Origin: Chiloscyllium plagiosum
Taxonomy: Eukaryota
Reading direction: 5' to 3'
Assembly (NCBI RefSeq): GCF_004010195.1
Contig: NC_057718.1
Coordinates: forward strand, 93,336,561-93,400,560
DNA length: 64,000 nt
Positions 12,936-24,194 of this stretch are shown piece by piece. The notes beneath the pieces were generated by a model. The model ran no database searches and had not been told where the DNA came from. It saw nothing but the letters and a program-made list of their open reading frames with translations. The position numbers were made by a program, and so were the translations under genes. Each line of letters begins with the position of its first letter. Positions within the stretch are counted from its first letter, which is position 1.

Positions 12936-13377
12936 ACTTTCTTTCACAAATACACTGTAACATCCTGCCAACAGTCTGATCTCTTTTTGTCGCTGTTTTA
13001 CAGTAACCTTCAGCTATTAGTTGCTTTCCCTCCAGCAGTGCCAATCTTTATATTTATCTCATTCTTCAGGTGAGGGTTGGAATCCAATAGCCTAGAACCT
13101 CTTGGGCATTAAATAGACATCCAATACATCAATCCTGTGATGGGAGATTTCCAATTAAAAATGGTGACAAATTGGAGGGGCTGCCTAATTATTTTATGCA
13201 AATAGGGTACACCTCTTCTATTGGGTCTCTGACAATATCACTTAAACTGAAAATATGATCATCCTCACATTGCTGCTTGTAGGATCTTACTGTCTACTTA
13301 TTGATTGCCTTGTTTTCTACCGTATTAAGACCAATCACATTTTAAAGGCATGTCCTTACCTCTAAAGCACTTTGGAA

Positions 13378-13600
13378 CATAGAAATGGGAGTAGGCTATT
13401 CAGCCCTGTGAGTCTGTTCCACCATTCACCAAGGTCATGGCTGATCTGCGGTACATTGCAATATACCTGCCTTTGGCCCATAGCCTTTAATCGCTTTGCT
13501 CACAAAAACATGTGTTTCAGATTTTAATTTAGCCTTTTGTTGCAGTTTGATTCCAATTGCAGAGTTCCAAACATCTACAACCCGACTGGTGCCACCCTAT
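13378..13600 (-). mobile_element. CR1 3'UTR fragment
   Basis: Reads catagaaatgggagtaggctattcagccc...catggctgatc. Confidence 0.6.
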
Positions 13601-14144
13601 TAGGTTTGGAATTTGCTGATGTTGCGAAGGATGCTACATCAACGCAAATACTTCTTGCTTTGGAGAAATTGGTGTCTGGAAGCATTGGATTCGATCATGG
13701 CTCAGGAAGCAGGTTTCAGCAGAATAATTGACACGGGCCTTCATTCAAGTAAGGTCACGAGCTTGCTGTTGTGGCCTCCACAAGGTTTCTCCGAACTACG
13801 TCATGATTCTTTTGGCTGAGGTGGGGAGGTTTCGATACTGCCAGAGAGCTGACTGTTGGTAGCAGCTGCACTGTTGGATTTGGCTAACTGCAGGAGTGCT
13901 GGGAACTGTGAGAACATCGCTGAGGCGAGCAGTGGATGCTGCCACACCAGGTGGAATAGCGGCAGCGAGCAAGGATGATGGCCCTTACTCGCGGAGGCTC
14001 AAAGAAGTGGGAGAAGGGAAGGAGGTCCTGTATCAAAGTTGCTGATTGGGAAGACACAGACCACAGGATCCTGTCAGACTCAAAGTCTTGGGTTTCCGCA
14101 TGTTCTCCTCTTTAGGAGCAACAAGAAAATCATTCAAACAGAAA

Positions 14145-14375
14145 TGAATACACAGAGAGAATGCTGGAGAAACTCAGCCGGTCAGGCAGCTTCTGCAGAC
14201 AGAGAGAAATAGAGATTAATGTCTCAAGTCTGGTAAGCCTGCTGCAGAACAGTTCTGAGGAAGTGTTGGGCCAGATTCAAAATGTGAACTCTGTTTCTCT
14301 CCCTACAGACCTCCTGAGTTTCTCCAGCATTCTCTGTGTTTGTTTCAGATTTCCAGCATCCACAGTACTTTGCCT
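14145..14375. mobile_element. older fold-back Penelope-type element
   Basis: Arms agaatgctggagaaactcag / ctgagtttctccagcattct, with a decayed ctgaggaa...aaaatgtgaact core. Confidence 0.7.
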
Positions 14376-14709
14376 TTGTTCAAGTGTTTGAGCAGAACTT
14401 ATAGGTGGAGTGTGACCTCAGGCATCATAGTAAAATACAATACAACAAAGGTCCTTCAAGTCTGCACCAAAACTATGCCAAATCTACCCTCATCCCACTT
14501 TCCAGCAGTTGGCCTACAGCATTAGGACATTTCAAGTGGTCATCTAAGTACTAATTAAAGTGTGTGAGGTTTTCTCAACTCAACCAACCTCCCAAGCAAC
14601 CAGAACTCACTACCCTCTTTGAAAAAGTACTTCCTCAAATCTGCTCCAAACCTCCTGTCTTTCACCTTAAAATTATACCCCTTCTTGTTACGCGTACTTC
14701 AATAAGGGA

Positions 14710-15055
14710 GGTAAAGGCCTCATGGTGTTATCACCAGACTGTTAATCTAGACACCCTGATAATATCCTGGGATTAGGGTTCAAATCCCACCATGGCAGAT
14801 GGTAGAATACGAATTGAGTAAAAATCTGGAATCAATGATGACCATGGAGCCATTGACAATTGTCAGAAAAACCCATCTGATTCACTTATGCCCTTCAAGG
14901 AAGGAAATTGCTACCTTTACCTGGTCTGGCCTACATGTGACTCCAGACCCACAGTAATGTGATTGACTCTGAACTGTCTCCTGGGCAATTAGGGATGGGC
15001 AATAAATGTTGGCCTAGACAGTGATGTCCTTGTCCTGTGAATAAATTTTTAAAAA
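14710..15055 (+). mobile_element. tRNA-like SINE (family 2) inserted in an antisense CR1 fragment (~14480-15255)
   Basis: Full family-2 body. The flanks continue as an antisense CR1 3' region. Confidence 0.8.
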
Positions 15056-15887
15056 GTGAACAGCTGCTTTCTACTCACCCTGTTGATGTCCCTTGTACAT
15101 CTCTGTTAGAGCGCCTCTCAACCTTTTCTGCTTCAAAGAAGCCAACCTGATCTTATCCAGCCTCCTTTCACAGCTGAAATGCTCAACCCCATGTAACATC
15201 CTGGTGAACCTCCTCTGCACCCCTGTAGTGCAATCACATCCTTCCTATAATGCAATATTGTAAGCCTGAGCCAGTTGGCAGTAGACATGGCGTGTCTCTG
15301 AGTGTGCTTGTTCCTCAGTTTCCTTGCCTATGTTCCATTTGATCCTCTGGTGATACCAAGGGTCATGATACCTCCAAGGAAACTGGAGATGGATGTTGTT
15401 CCGATGGAGGGAGTAAGTCGCATTGTGCGAGAATCAAGTCTCACATTTATGTTCCTGATTCAAATGTAAGCCCCAATTCTCCCTACTTAACAGCTGGCTA
15501 AGGTGGAGCCAATTTGTGCTGGAAACTGGGATTTTTGTGGGATCAAGATTGCTGGGTTTAATCGCTGAAGAATTTGACGGCAAAAAAGATACAGAGCAAG
15601 CAGCCACAATGCTCCTGCAGGTGGTATTTCAAATTCAGAAATTCTGGCTGCTCAATAGTTCTAAAAGATTTTGTGGCGAAATCTCTTGGCATTGTCATTT
15701 TTAAATTATTTCCCCAAAATATTTGGACCACATGTTTTCATATGGGAATCTTGTTGTATTTTTTGGATGAAGAGAAAGGGGACCAACTGAATGATTACAG
15801 TTCTTGAGAATTTGCCAGAGCAACACTGTGCTCTGGCTATTATTCATCGAACCATATGTAGACATAGAAATTGTTATTTATTCTTTA

Positions 15888-16166
15888 ATAGGCAAAAGTG
15901 AGGCCTGCAGACGCTGGAAACCAGAGTTTAGATCAGAGTGGTGTTGGAAAAACACAGCAGGTCAGGCAGCATCCAAGGAGTAGGAAAATCGACATTTCAG
16001 GCAAAAGCCCTTCATCAGGAATAGAGACAGGAAGCCTCTAGCCTCTCCACCATGGAGACTTCCTGCCTCTATTCCTGATGAAGGATTTTGCCCGAAACGT
16101 CGATTTACCTGCTCCTCGGATGCTGCCTGACCTGCTGTGTTTTTCCAACACCACTCTGATTTAAAC
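15888..16166. mobile_element. fold-back Penelope element with two antiparallel hammerhead motifs, 12-bp TSD
   Basis: Near-perfect inverted arms of ~110 bp. Hammerheads lie on the minus strand (15986-16020) and plus strand (16071-16105). TSD atttattcttta at 15876-15887 and 16167-16178. Confidence 0.9.
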
Positions 16167-16179
16167 ATTTATTCTTTAC

Positions 16180-16425
16180 TGGCTAGGCCAAGATATGTTG
16201 CCCCTGAGAAGGTGTTGGTGAGCTGTTGTTTTGCACAGCTATGGTGTAGGGTGATGCACAATGTTATTCAGAATGGAGTTCCATGATTTTGACTCATTGA
16301 TAGTGAAGGAACAGTGATGTAGTTCCATAGTAAGGATGGTGTGTGGCTTGGAGGGGTGTTTGCAGTTGGTTCTGTTCCCATTTTTCTGCTATACCACATC
16401 TTTCTAGGTGGTAGAGGGTCCACAG
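16180..16425 (-). mobile_element. 3' end of the LINE partnering SINE family 2
   Basis: ctggctaggcc...tgagaaggtgttggtgagc matches 49435-49697 and 55748-56030. Confidence 0.7.
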
Positions 16426-16439
16426 GGAGGTGCGGTCAA

Positions 16440-16660
16440 AGAATCACAGAATCCTTACAGTGTGGAAGCAGGCCACCCCCACACCCCTCTCCCCTATAAT
16501 CCTGCATTTCCCATGGCTAACTCATGTGGCCTGCACATCCCTGGATACAATAGTTAATCTTTGGACTGTGGGAGGAAACCGGAGCATCTGGAAGACATCC
16601 ATGCAGACACGGGGAGAACATGCAAACACAGACACCTGATGCTGGAATCGAACCCAGGAA
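16440..16660 (-). mobile_element. HE1-type SINE
   Basis: Contains ttggactgtgggaggaaaccggagc. Confidence 0.8.
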
Positions 16661-16734
16661 ACTTTATAATGTGCTGCACTTCTGCCGTATGCATTGAAGG
16701 TGGAGAGAGTGAGTGTTGAATGTTGTGCATGAAC

Positions 16735-17185
16735 ATTCATTCCAGAGATGAAAGGCTTGACTTGTGAGGCAAGATTGAACAGTTTAGACTGAAACTCACC
16801 GGAATTTAGAAGGATTGGAGGAAATCTAATTGAGATATATAAGACGCTAAAGGGGATTGACAAAGCAAATGTCGAGCAATTGTTTCCCCTTGTGGGGCAA
16901 TCTGGAATGAGAGGTCATAGTTTTAGGTTAATGTGTGGCAGATTTAAAACAGAGATGCGGAGAAATTCTCAAAGGATTGGGGATCTGTGGAATTCACCAG
17001 CCCAGAGTGTGGATGGTCAGGATACTGAATAGAGTTAAGGACAGACTTGTATTTAATAATGGGTAAAATGGTGAAGGCGAGTCGGCAGGAAAATGGAACA
17101 AGATCAGCCATGATTGTCTTAACTGGCAGACCAGGCCCGAGGGGCTGAATTGTCTGCGTCTGCTCCTGTTGCTCATAATCTTATG
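16735..17185 (+). mobile_element. CR1 LINE 3' fragment
   Basis: Decayed IPEMKGL..RLNSL..RGHS region plus 3'UTR. Confidence 0.75.
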
Positions 17186-17239
17186 TACTTACTTTGATTT
17201 GTCAGTGCAACATGTGTAGATTTATCAGCTGGAAGCAGC

Positions 17240-18230
17240 GATTTACTGGCACTTCATTCAATCCAGTCCACAGTATTCACTGCTCACAATACCATCTCCT
17301 TTACATTGGGATGGCAAAGTTCACTCTGGGCAATTGTTTTGCAGAAATCCTATGTTCTGTCCATAAAAAATGACCCTAAGCGTCCAGTTGCTTGTCACTT
17401 TACCACACCACCGTGTTCCCTGGCCAACATCTGTCTCGGGCTTGCTGTAGTGCTCCAGTGAAGCTCAGCGTAAGGTGAAAGAACAGTATCTTGCTTTTCT
17501 GCTTGGGTACCCTGCAGCCCTCCAGCCTCTATATCGTGTTCAATCATTTTAGGGCATGGGCACCTTTTCCCCATGTCCATCTCCCAATTCCCACATCCCA
17601 GGCCATGTCCATTCGTAAACAAACCATTGTCAGCTGCCAATGGTCCCCAATGTCAGCTATTTATTCTCCCAGGCTGATCTTTAACTATTTCTTTGTCTGT
17701 CCAACTGCTATTCTCTCTTTCTGGGCTCAATTGCCACATGTTTACTCTTCCCTCTCACCCTGCCCCAACTTCAGCAAGTATACCAACCTTTAAACTTGCT
17801 CCAATCAGTTTTGAAGAAGGTTATGGGGAGGTGATTTCCCAGTGGTATTATCTCTGTACTGCTAACCCAGTGACCCAAGTTCTCTGGGTCAAACCAACAA
17901 CAGTGGATAGCGGAATTTGAATTCAATACAAATCTGGAATTAAGAGTCTAATGGTAATCATGAATCCATTGTTGATGGTTGGAAAAACCTTTAGGGAGTG
18001 AATCTGCCATCCTTACCGGGTCTGGTCTATTTGTGACTTCAAACCCGCAGCAATGTTATTAACTCTTAACTGCCCTCTGGGCAAATAAGGGTGGGCAATA
18101 AATACTGGAGAAATAATCATCCCATGAATAAAAGAAAGGGTCTCTGGACACGAAATATTAAACTCTGCTTTCTTTCTTTCTCCAAATGCTGCCAAACCTA
18201 CTCAGTTTCTCCAGCAATTTCCGTTTTTGT
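17240..18230 (+). mobile_element. Penelope GIY-YIG 3' fragment whose hammerhead is split by a family-2 SINE (17826-18135)
   Basis: Reads HSIHCSQ..LLYIG...FCLGTLQPSSLYIVFNHF. tttgaagaagg lies before the SINE and ggacacgaaatattaaact after it. Confidence 0.7.
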
Positions 18231-19673
18231 ACATGGATACACCTTTGGCTCTGTTTCCCATTCAGACTTATTTACTAGGTCACTCTGCACATCTACACAA
18301 AAGGTTATGTATAGTTGCTGATCCATGATAGAGCACCCCACTCCCTCTGACTCTTATCACCTCTGCCACTTTTCCGATTCAGGCTACCGGGCTCTGCTTC
18401 CTGAGTGCACCCAGCCACCCTCACCATCACTGCTAACTTCCCTCCAAGCCCTGTGGGCCTCCCTGTCCCTGGTAGGAGTTTAACATAGATGTTGCTGCCA
18501 GCATCATAGTGATCACATCTTTCTCTCTGTGATGGCTAAGGCATCTACTGCTCACCAGTTCACTGGCAATGAGGCTTATGGCCTGCTATTATGAGGCCTT
18601 TCAATTCTCGCAAACAGGATTTGTTCCTGCTCTCCTTTGCGTACTCACCTCTTGCCGCACTCAAACATCCAAGTTAGGTTTCAATCACTGTGTCACCAAG
18701 ATACATTAAACACTGCAAAACACTACAAGGTTAGATAATGCTTGCTATTTTCATGACGGATTTAGGAGATACATGAATGAAGAGGTCTGCCTCCCTTTTT
18801 TTTTGTTTTGACTGCCAGTTATTGAATGGGAATAATTTTGGCTAATTTTGACTGATCAAAATACTGATAACTATTGTTTGTTCACCATGAGGGAAGCTGC
18901 CCAAATGAATTTTCTTAAAAGCTGTGATCAAGGGCTGTGAGTGATAGTCACACATGAGTCTGTTACATTGCAAGTGAGGCTAGGTGGGTGAAACCACAAG
19001 AAAATGAAGTCATATATAATACCCCATGCATCAGAGGAATAAACATTGCAGTGTTTGAAGCTTATTTTATTTAAGATGTTATTCTTTTTCCTTTCGCAGA
19101 GACTTAATTCAAAGTACATTGTGGTATTTGTCACTTGCAAAAATATCTTTTGAGTAGGTTATGCGATTTTAGATAACAGTGTATTTCTGCTTTGATTCCA
19201 ATCACGACCATAACCAGAGGATAACAGTCTTGAACTAATCAAGGTCTCTTCATCAAACATATGAAACTTCACAGCTTTTTTTTGATTTGAATTTATTTGA
19301 AAGGAATTCCTAACTGCATAACTCAAGAAATCCTAAAGGGTTCTATCACTGGCTGAATAATAGAATGCTCTCACCTCTTTTTCACTCATGAATCTCTTTT
19401 ATGCTGCAAATGAGATGATGTGAGTTGGAAACTGAACTGTAGAACTGGAAATCATTGTCTCTAAGAACAATGAAAGTGGAGAAAATCAATCATTTCTAAA
19501 GGATGTCAGGTGGGTATTTGTTGGAAATGACCTTGAAGGGTTACAAGGAGAGAAGGGGAGTAAATTGATTGGATTACATTGTGGAAGCTGGCTTGGAAGT
19601 GATGGGTTAAATGGCTTCCTTCTGTGCCATAATGTCTCAATGATACTATGGCTCAATTAATTCTACACAAACA

Positions 19674-20333
19674 TGTCAATGGGAAAAGATTTGCTAACCC
19701 ACGATAGGCCCATAAAAGCAAAATTGGCCAAATTGTACCAGAACACCCAGAATTCCAGAGCAGCTACAAGCTGAATCAGGCAGCACGCAGACAAGGCAAT
19801 ACATTTTAAGCTCTTATAGACATGACAGAGCACCACAGATATCTCAAAGCCCTAAGGGCAGTTTCATAACCCAGCAATACCCAAGCCACACAAAGGGCAG
19901 GACAGACAGACAGGCACCAGCAAAGACATGCTCCAGGGACAGGACAATGGAAGCACCTTACCACTTCAGAAGAGACATTAACACCTACCTGTGAAAAGGA
20001 ATGGAACCGTTGTCACTGTCAGGATGTTGCATTGTGTGAAGGAACAGGACATTCATCTGATAAACTGTTTTCCAATTAGCATCCTTACAACTAAATTACT
20101 CCATTTCCAGAAACATTGTAGTTTCCCATTTCTTCGTTAGGGTCATTGTGCAGCATTACTATAAAATTGGTCTCATCCTCAGCTCTGGGAGGAGAAATCT
20201 GATCTACCTGTGCAGACTGTCAGTTCTGTGTCAGTCTAATCAATTTCTCTTCCAGCTTGCAATAAACTGTTTGTCAATTTCACTTCGAGCTGTATTTTGG
20301 GATCTCTAACCTATTGGGCAAATTTCTCCGACA
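19674..20333 (+). mobile_element. putative solo LTR
   Basis: TG...CA ends with an imperfect inverted repeat (tgtcaatgggaaaagatttgc / gcaaatttctccgaca), TATAAAA at ~20160 and AATAAA at ~20260. No clean TSD. Confidence 0.5.
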
Positions 20334-20401
20334 ATGTCATATTTTTAAATCGCAGTAAGGGTAGGTGTAGTCTGCTTATATTAATTTATTTGTCATTTTG
20401 T

Positions 20402-21805
20402 ACGGGACTATCGCCCCGTTGCACTAACATCCACCATCATGAAGTGTTTTGAGAGGCTCATGATGAGACATATTAAGACCCTCCTGCCTCCCTCATTGTA
20501 CACCCAGCAGTTTGCGTATCGTCCCAACTGTTCAACAGATCGTGCCATTTTCACCACCCTCCATCTGGCCCTTACCCACCTGGAGAAGAAGGACACCTAC
20601 ATCAGATTACTGTTCATAGACTTCAGTTCTGCATTTAACACTATAATTCCTCAGCACCTTGTTGGAAAGCTGAGACTGCTGGGCCTAAAGACCTCCCTTT
20701 GTAACTGGATCCTGGACTTCCTGACTGGAAAACCACAGCCAGTCCAGATTGGCAACAGCATCTCCAACACCATCACGCTGAGCACAGGGCCCTCCCAGGG
20801 CTGTGTGCTCAGTCCACTGCTGTTCACCCTGCTAACACACGACTGTGTGGCAATGCACAGGTTGAATCACATCATCATGTTCGCTGATGACATGACTGCA
20901 TTGGGTCTCATCAGCAGGAATGACGAGTCAGCATACAGAGAAGAGGTGCAGCGGCTAACGGACTGGTGCAAAGCCAACAACCTGTCTCTGAATGTGGACA
21001 AACCAAAAGAGATGGTTGTTGACTTCAGGAGGACATGGAGTGACCATTCTCCACTGGACCTTGACGGCTCCCCAGTGGAGATCGTGAAGAGCACCAAATT
21101 TCTTGGCATCCACCTAACGGAGAATCTCAACTGGTCCCTCAACACCAGCCCCATAGCCAGAGAGCCAAGCAGCATCTCTACATTCTGCATAAACTGAGGA
21201 AAGCCCACCTCCCACTCCTTCATCCTTACCATATTGCACAGAGGGTTCAATGAGAGTCCCATGAGCTGCTGCATCACTACCTGGTTCGGGAATTGCACTG
21301 TCTTGGATCGTAAGACTCTACAATGGATAGTGAGGGCAGCTGAGAAAATCATCGGGGTCTCTCTTCCCTCCATTACAGACATTTACACACACGCTGCATC
21401 TGAAAGGCTAAGAGCATTGTGGAAGACCCCACACACCCCTCACTCAAAGTCTTCTTCCTCCTGCTATCTGGCAGAAGATACTGGAACATTCGGTCTTCCA
21501 CGGCCAGATTGTGCAACAGTTCCTTCTCCCAAGCCATCAGGCTCCTTACCACGGTATGATCGGATTCCTTTCCATCTGGAATTCTTTGCACAAATTTGAA
21601 TTGTTGTGAGAACAACGTCTATTAATTATCATTCTTTTATGACACTGCAATTTGCGTGTTTTGCACTTCTATGCAGTTTATGTTGCCCTGTGTATGATCG
21701 TGTAGTTTGTGTTATCCATGTAGCACCTTGGTCCTAAAGGAACGCTGTCTTGTTTTTACTGTGTCAGTTGTATATGGTAGAAATGACAATTGAAATCTAC
21801 TCTAT
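20402..21805 (+). mobile_element. Rex1/Babar LINE, 5'-truncated RT
   Basis: Reads [16 protein letters not shown]...QFAYRPN...[12 protein letters not shown]...[10 protein letters not shown]...FADD, with a frameshifted C-terminus and a 3'UTR. Confidence 0.9.
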
Positions 21806-23095
21806 TTACATTTTTATGGCAAATTTCCCATAAAGGTGGTTCACATAAGAACTATATAATGGACAAGTCATAGCTCCTTTTCTGCTATGGCAAAGCATCC
21901 CCTCCAATCCCTGTCTCTTGTTCTTGCTCACTGACCCCAAAAGGCAGCTGTGAGGTGTTTAGAGACCTTTTGTGCATTTTAAACCATCGGCCTACCTTTT
22001 CTGTCCACACTCACCAAAAGGATGAATTGAAAATTCATTTTGCAAATCCATCCATAACTTTACCTTATTCCACCTGTACAACCTTCTCCACTTTCTAGTT
22101 TCACCCCTATCTTCCAGTTCCTCAGCTCTGCATTTCTTGTATCTCCCTCCCATCCTCTGATCCAACCATGGCAACAACACCGACGGTCTTCACTTTGTAA
22201 AATGGTGCAGCAGGCTCGAAGGGCCGAATGGCCTATACTTTGTTCCAATTTCTTCTCATGGCTTACGGTAAAGCTGCCCACAAAGCCCTTCTGTGTCTGG
22301 TATCTCTCCAACCCACAGTCACATTTCAAACATTTCCTCAAACCCAATTTGTCAATCTAATCTTCAGTCAGTTCCCTGAATCCTTCCTTTTGTGTGCCAT
22401 CTCATTTCTCCCCTTTGATGGTTATTGAGATATTTGTGTACATGGAAGGCTCTGAATGGAAAAGTTATTGCATTGTTTTGCTTTTTTTTGCAGTTGTTTT
22501 TATCTTGGTAGTCTAATGAATTTGCAATCAGAGAATTTCTTTTCACTATATTTTGGTAAAATGTTAGAAAAATCATGCCAACATAAATAGACAATGCAAT
22601 GTTGGAGTTATTTTCAATGTACAATTTCCTCATCTCAATTAAGGTCTGCTGCTTCATTTGGCAACTTGGTAACTGTTACCATCACACGGTGTCTTGGAGG
22701 GAGATTGTGGCCTGAATCAGGATCAATAGAGACCGTTAGAAGCTAGGCCATCGGTAAAATGATCTTTTCTTAAACATTCCCGGCGAAGACTGCTGGGAAG
22801 GGTAAGTTTTCCCGCATAAAAAGGGACTTACCTTGGGAGTCGGGCCTCCATTTTGCCAGAGCGCCGAGGAGAGAAGGAGGAGTGAAGCGAGGGCTGTCGG
22901 GAAGGTAAGGGCTTAATATATATTTGGGCAGAAACTAAACCCAAGATACTACACGTGTAGTATCTCTCTCTCGCCCCCTCCTCTAACCGGAAGAAAAAGA
23001 CCCTGTAAGGTAAGGCTTTTATTTCTTATCTTTCTTTTTCATTTATTTAAGTGCATTGTTTGGTTTCAGTTAGTTCATATAAAGCTAAGCTTACA

Positions 23096-24057
23096 ATGGC
23101 AGGGGACCTCAGACCCGTGGCGTGTGGCTCTTGCTTGATGTGGGAGCTCAGGGACGTGGCTGATGTTCCTGACTCTTAGATTTGCAAGAAGTGTGTCCAG
23201 CTGCAGCTGTTGTTTGACCGCATGATGGCTCTGGAGCTGCAGATGGAGCAGCCGCGATGCTGAGGAGGTCGTGGATAGCACGTTTAGTGAACTCGTCACA
23301 CCGCAGGTTAGAATTGCTGAGGGAGACGGTGAATGGATGACCAAAAGACAGAAAAAGAGTAGGAAGGCAGTGCAGGTGTCCCCTGCGGTCATCTCCCTCC
23401 AAAACAGGTATACCATTTTGGATACTGTTGAGGGAGTTGGCTCACCAGGGGACGGCAGCAGTTGTCAAGATCATGGCACCGTGGTGGGCACTGCTGTTCA
23501 GAAGGGCGGGAAAAAGACCTGCTGTTCAGAAGGGCGGGAAAAAGACTCGTAGGGCCATAGTCATAGGGGATTCTATTGTGAGGAGAGTAGATAGGTGGTT
23601 CTGTGGCTGAAAACAGGACTCCCGGATGGTATGTTGCCTCCCAGGTGCTCGGGTCAAGGATGTCACCAATCGGCTACAGAGCATTCTGAAAGGGGAGGGT
23701 GAACAGCCAGTTGTTTTGGTGCATATAGGCACCAATGATATAAGTAGAAAGCGAGATGAGGTCCAAAAGAAGAAGTCAGGGAGATAGGAGAGAAGTTAAT
23801 GGGGAGGACCTCAAAGGTAGTGATCTTGAGATCACTACCAGTGCCATGTGCTAGCCAGTGTAGAAATAAAAGATAGGCAGGATGAACACGTGGCTTGAGA
23901 AGTGGTGTAGGAGGGAGGGGTTCAGATTTGTTGGACATTGGGACCAGTTCTGGGGAAGGTGGGACTATTACAAAAGGGACGGTCTACACCTGAACGAGAC
24001 TGGAACCAATGTCCTTGGGGGAGTTTGTGCTACAGCTGTTGGTGGGGTTTTAAACTA
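23096..24057 (+). pseudogene. CR1 ORF1: CxxC..CxxC zinc finger/coiled coil plus SGNH/GDSL esterase-like domain
   Basis: Reads MAGDLRPVACGSCLMW..ICKKC..; IVIGDSIVR; CCLPGARV; VHIGTNDI; DGLHLN. Carries stops and frameshifts, including a 28-bp tandem duplication at 23491-23546. Confidence 0.85.
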
Positions 24058-24194
24058 ATGTGGCAGGGGGCCAGGAACCAGAAGAGAAAACAAGTAGGCA
24101 GTGAGGTGGAGACTGGAGACTGTAAGAATTATAAAGATAACATTAATAAAGGAAAGAATAGGCAGAAAGCAGGTGAGCGCAAAAGAACTGGTGG

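Noticed and set aside
15888..16166. DNA-transposon MITE or miRNA hairpin
   Set aside because: The arms match Penelope 3' ends, the TSDs are long and variable, and the tail is asymmetric.
20867..21382. 171-aa minus-strand ORF (also 63060-63551)
   Set aside because: It is an antisense shadow frame of LINE reverse transcriptase.
22364..22657. 97-aa minus-strand ORF
   Set aside because: AT-rich, with no recognisable motif or splice support.
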